Below, in pieces: positions 62,093 to 64,000 of a stretch of DNA of 64,000 nucleotides. How positions within the stretch are numbered: position 1 is the stretch's first letter; each line of letters begins with the position of its first letter. Origin of the DNA: Neoconidiobolus thromboides FSU 785 (lineage: Eukaryota > Fungi > Entomophthoromycota); assembly GCA_025603075.1 (NCBI GenBank), contig MU626258.1:11457-75456 (forward strand), written 5' to 3'. The notes below the pieces were generated by a model. It saw nothing but the letters and a program-made list of their open reading frames with translations, searched no databases and was not told the origin of the DNA. Position numbers and translations under genes: made by a program.

Positions 62093-62980
62093 TCATTTAA
62101 GACGTTGGGGATTAGGGCAAGAGCGAGATATTTCAATTAAAGTGTGAGCAGCCTATAAAAATATTAGCACTTATCTCTATAAATAAACCTAAAAACTTAC
62201 TTCCATCAATTGAACTTGTTGGCTTTTAGGAAGTGATAGCTTAGCTACCTCTTTCCAATGTGGGTCATGTTCCCATTCATGCTTAGAAAGGCAGCTCATC
62301 TGTTTATATGATTTATTACATACCCTACATTGATAAGTGCCATTGACCATCTTTGGTTCACTACGTCTGTAATTGCATGTACGTGGGCTTCTTTCCTTCT
62401 TAAGTTTATTTGAGTAACTTTGTGGCAAAACTTGATCTAGCATCTCTTCACCATGGTGTTGATAACTTTTTAACATCCCATTGTTTATCCTGCTGTCCCC
62501 GTTTAAGCCATTATCATGGCTTTGACTTGGTTCTGGATGCAATAAATTAGCAAATGAATATGGTTTATATTCGTAGTTATCGTTGCTACGTTCACCCTGA
62601 ATAATTGGCAAATGCTGGCGCGTTAGTGGTGGGAGCTCATTTGTATAACCAGTACTATTATGTTGGTTAGTTTTAAGAGAGATTGGTGGTCGATGACTAT
62701 AAGAATAATTTGAGTTATTGTTATGTGTGTTATATTGGGGTTGATCGAATGTTCTTGGGGGTTCTGTAAAGCGTGGAAATTGGGATGAGCTTTGTAATGG
62801 TGGTAGACTAGCCATATGTGTGGAGCCTCTAATAGGGGATGGTTCAGTTTGATTTAGTTTGTAATCTCCAGAATATTCTTCCAATTTCATGTTTCCACGA
62901 CTACTTGCTAACAATGGAGTATGGTGATAATTATTGTTAAGTTGTTGTATGTTTTTTTCAGCTGGATAAGATTCAGACAT
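62093..62980 (-). CDS. Fungal C2H2 zinc-finger transcription factor, 2 coding exons (possible 5' UTR intron)
   Basis: CRVCNKSYKQMSCLSKHEWEH followed by W...KL..PKSQQVQLME|AAHTL; the N-terminal region is low complexity. Confidence 0.85.
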
Positions 62981-64000
62981 CTAAATAAAAAGACCATATT
63001 AGTAATTAGTTTAATGGATCTTTGAAAAGAGAAATATTGAAAATAGATACTTGAAATTGATTATGTTCAAACTATACAAAGTATTATTATTTTAAACTAT
63101 ATCCTATTTTATTTATACTCTTTGTTTAAATAATTAACACAAACTGTTTGGGCTGTATAGATTGATCTAATATGCATCTCAAATTTAGTTATTTTTAAAT
63201 AACCTACCTCTATTATTTGAGTATGAAAATGAAAAAAATGGAGTAAAATTAAGAAGGATGAAGTTTAAAACTTAAATTCTGTAAACTTAAATTTCAAAAG
63301 CAGAATAAAAATTTCTTTTTACAAAATTAAGAATTTAAATAAAATCATTAAAACAAGATTTGGTTCAAGTTGAATCTGATTGGTTAGAGGCTTGGCTTAT
63401 TTCAACAGATAACACATTATTTGCTATTTCTTAGTGGATCCTCCTTAAGTTGTTTCTTGAATAAAAAATAATGCATAAACTTGAAATCAGCTGATTTTTG
63501 AAGATTTTATTGACTTTGGTGGCGGAAGGGATTGCAAAACAGCTATTATGGAACGACTACTACCCTCTGTTAACTAGCATATAATTGTCTAATATTAAAT
63601 CAAAGCTTAAAACGCTCTATCTACTTCAAATCATCAAATTAAAATTAAGCATTTATTCTCCAATTTCGATTTTCTGGTAAATTGAATCAAAATTGAGTAC
63701 TTTTATTTCTCCCCACTTTATATTTTTAAAGTTTTATTGATTGAAATTTCACAAATTGGTAGCTTAAGAATTAAATTGATTATTTTATTCAATTTAAGCC
63801 AATGGCAGTGCTTACGAATGACACCTAGCCCAATACTCACTTTTTAGCTATTTATAGGGGGGTGGTTATCATAATTTGCAAGCTTAGTTAATTTGCAGCA
63901 CAAATAATGAATATTATCATATTAATTTAATACGATAGTATATTCTTATATTAAAAATGGACTTTGTTTAGATGTAATCGTGTAGCAATAAGGAATTGCA

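Noticed and set aside
1-64000. Window-wide protein quality-control cluster (GH47 x2, Vms1, E2, proteasome, Atg1, Spc3)
   Set aside because: Interspersed with unrelated genes and expected by chance among housekeeping genes; only the tight E2/PRE7/PRE2 group was kept.
1-64000. CRISPR array, rRNA or prokaryotic/phage origin
   Set aside because: No regularly spaced direct repeats or rRNA motifs; pervasive spliceosomal introns show the DNA is eukaryotic.

Overview
AT-rich, intron-dense eukaryotic genomic DNA with short GT-AG introns and a fungal gene set (AA11 LPMOs, Ecl1, Fungal_trans-type protein, fungal Atg1). It is most consistent with an early-diverging fungus, possibly Entomophthorales/Conidiobolus-like; that assignment is inference only. 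About 30 protein-coding genes were reconstructed by hand-splicing, so exon-level coordinates are approximate. Most are housekeeping genes: two GH47 mannosidases, aldonolactone oxidase, mL53, Vms1, a PPR protein, a Ube2G-type E2, proteasome beta6 and beta5 head-to-head, Rad1, an APH-like kinase, nitrilase, Atg1, Ecl1, uL6m, Sec9, Spc3, TGT, an exportin-4-like gene and a C2H2 factor. Main unusual features: (1) a ~105-bp fold-back MITE family with 11 copies, 8 of them around a four-gene family of secreted AA11-type LPMOs, with one paralogous empty site; (2) an intact, TIR-less IS630/Tc1-type transposase gene whose second catalytic Asp appears replaced by Asn (candidate domestication); (3) an unlisted 48-aa secreted-peptide ORF; (4) an aldonolactone oxidase lacking the FAD-binding His; (5) ABA4-like and RbfA-like genes. 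I found no tRNA, rRNA, CRISPR array or TnpB/Fanzor-like ORF.
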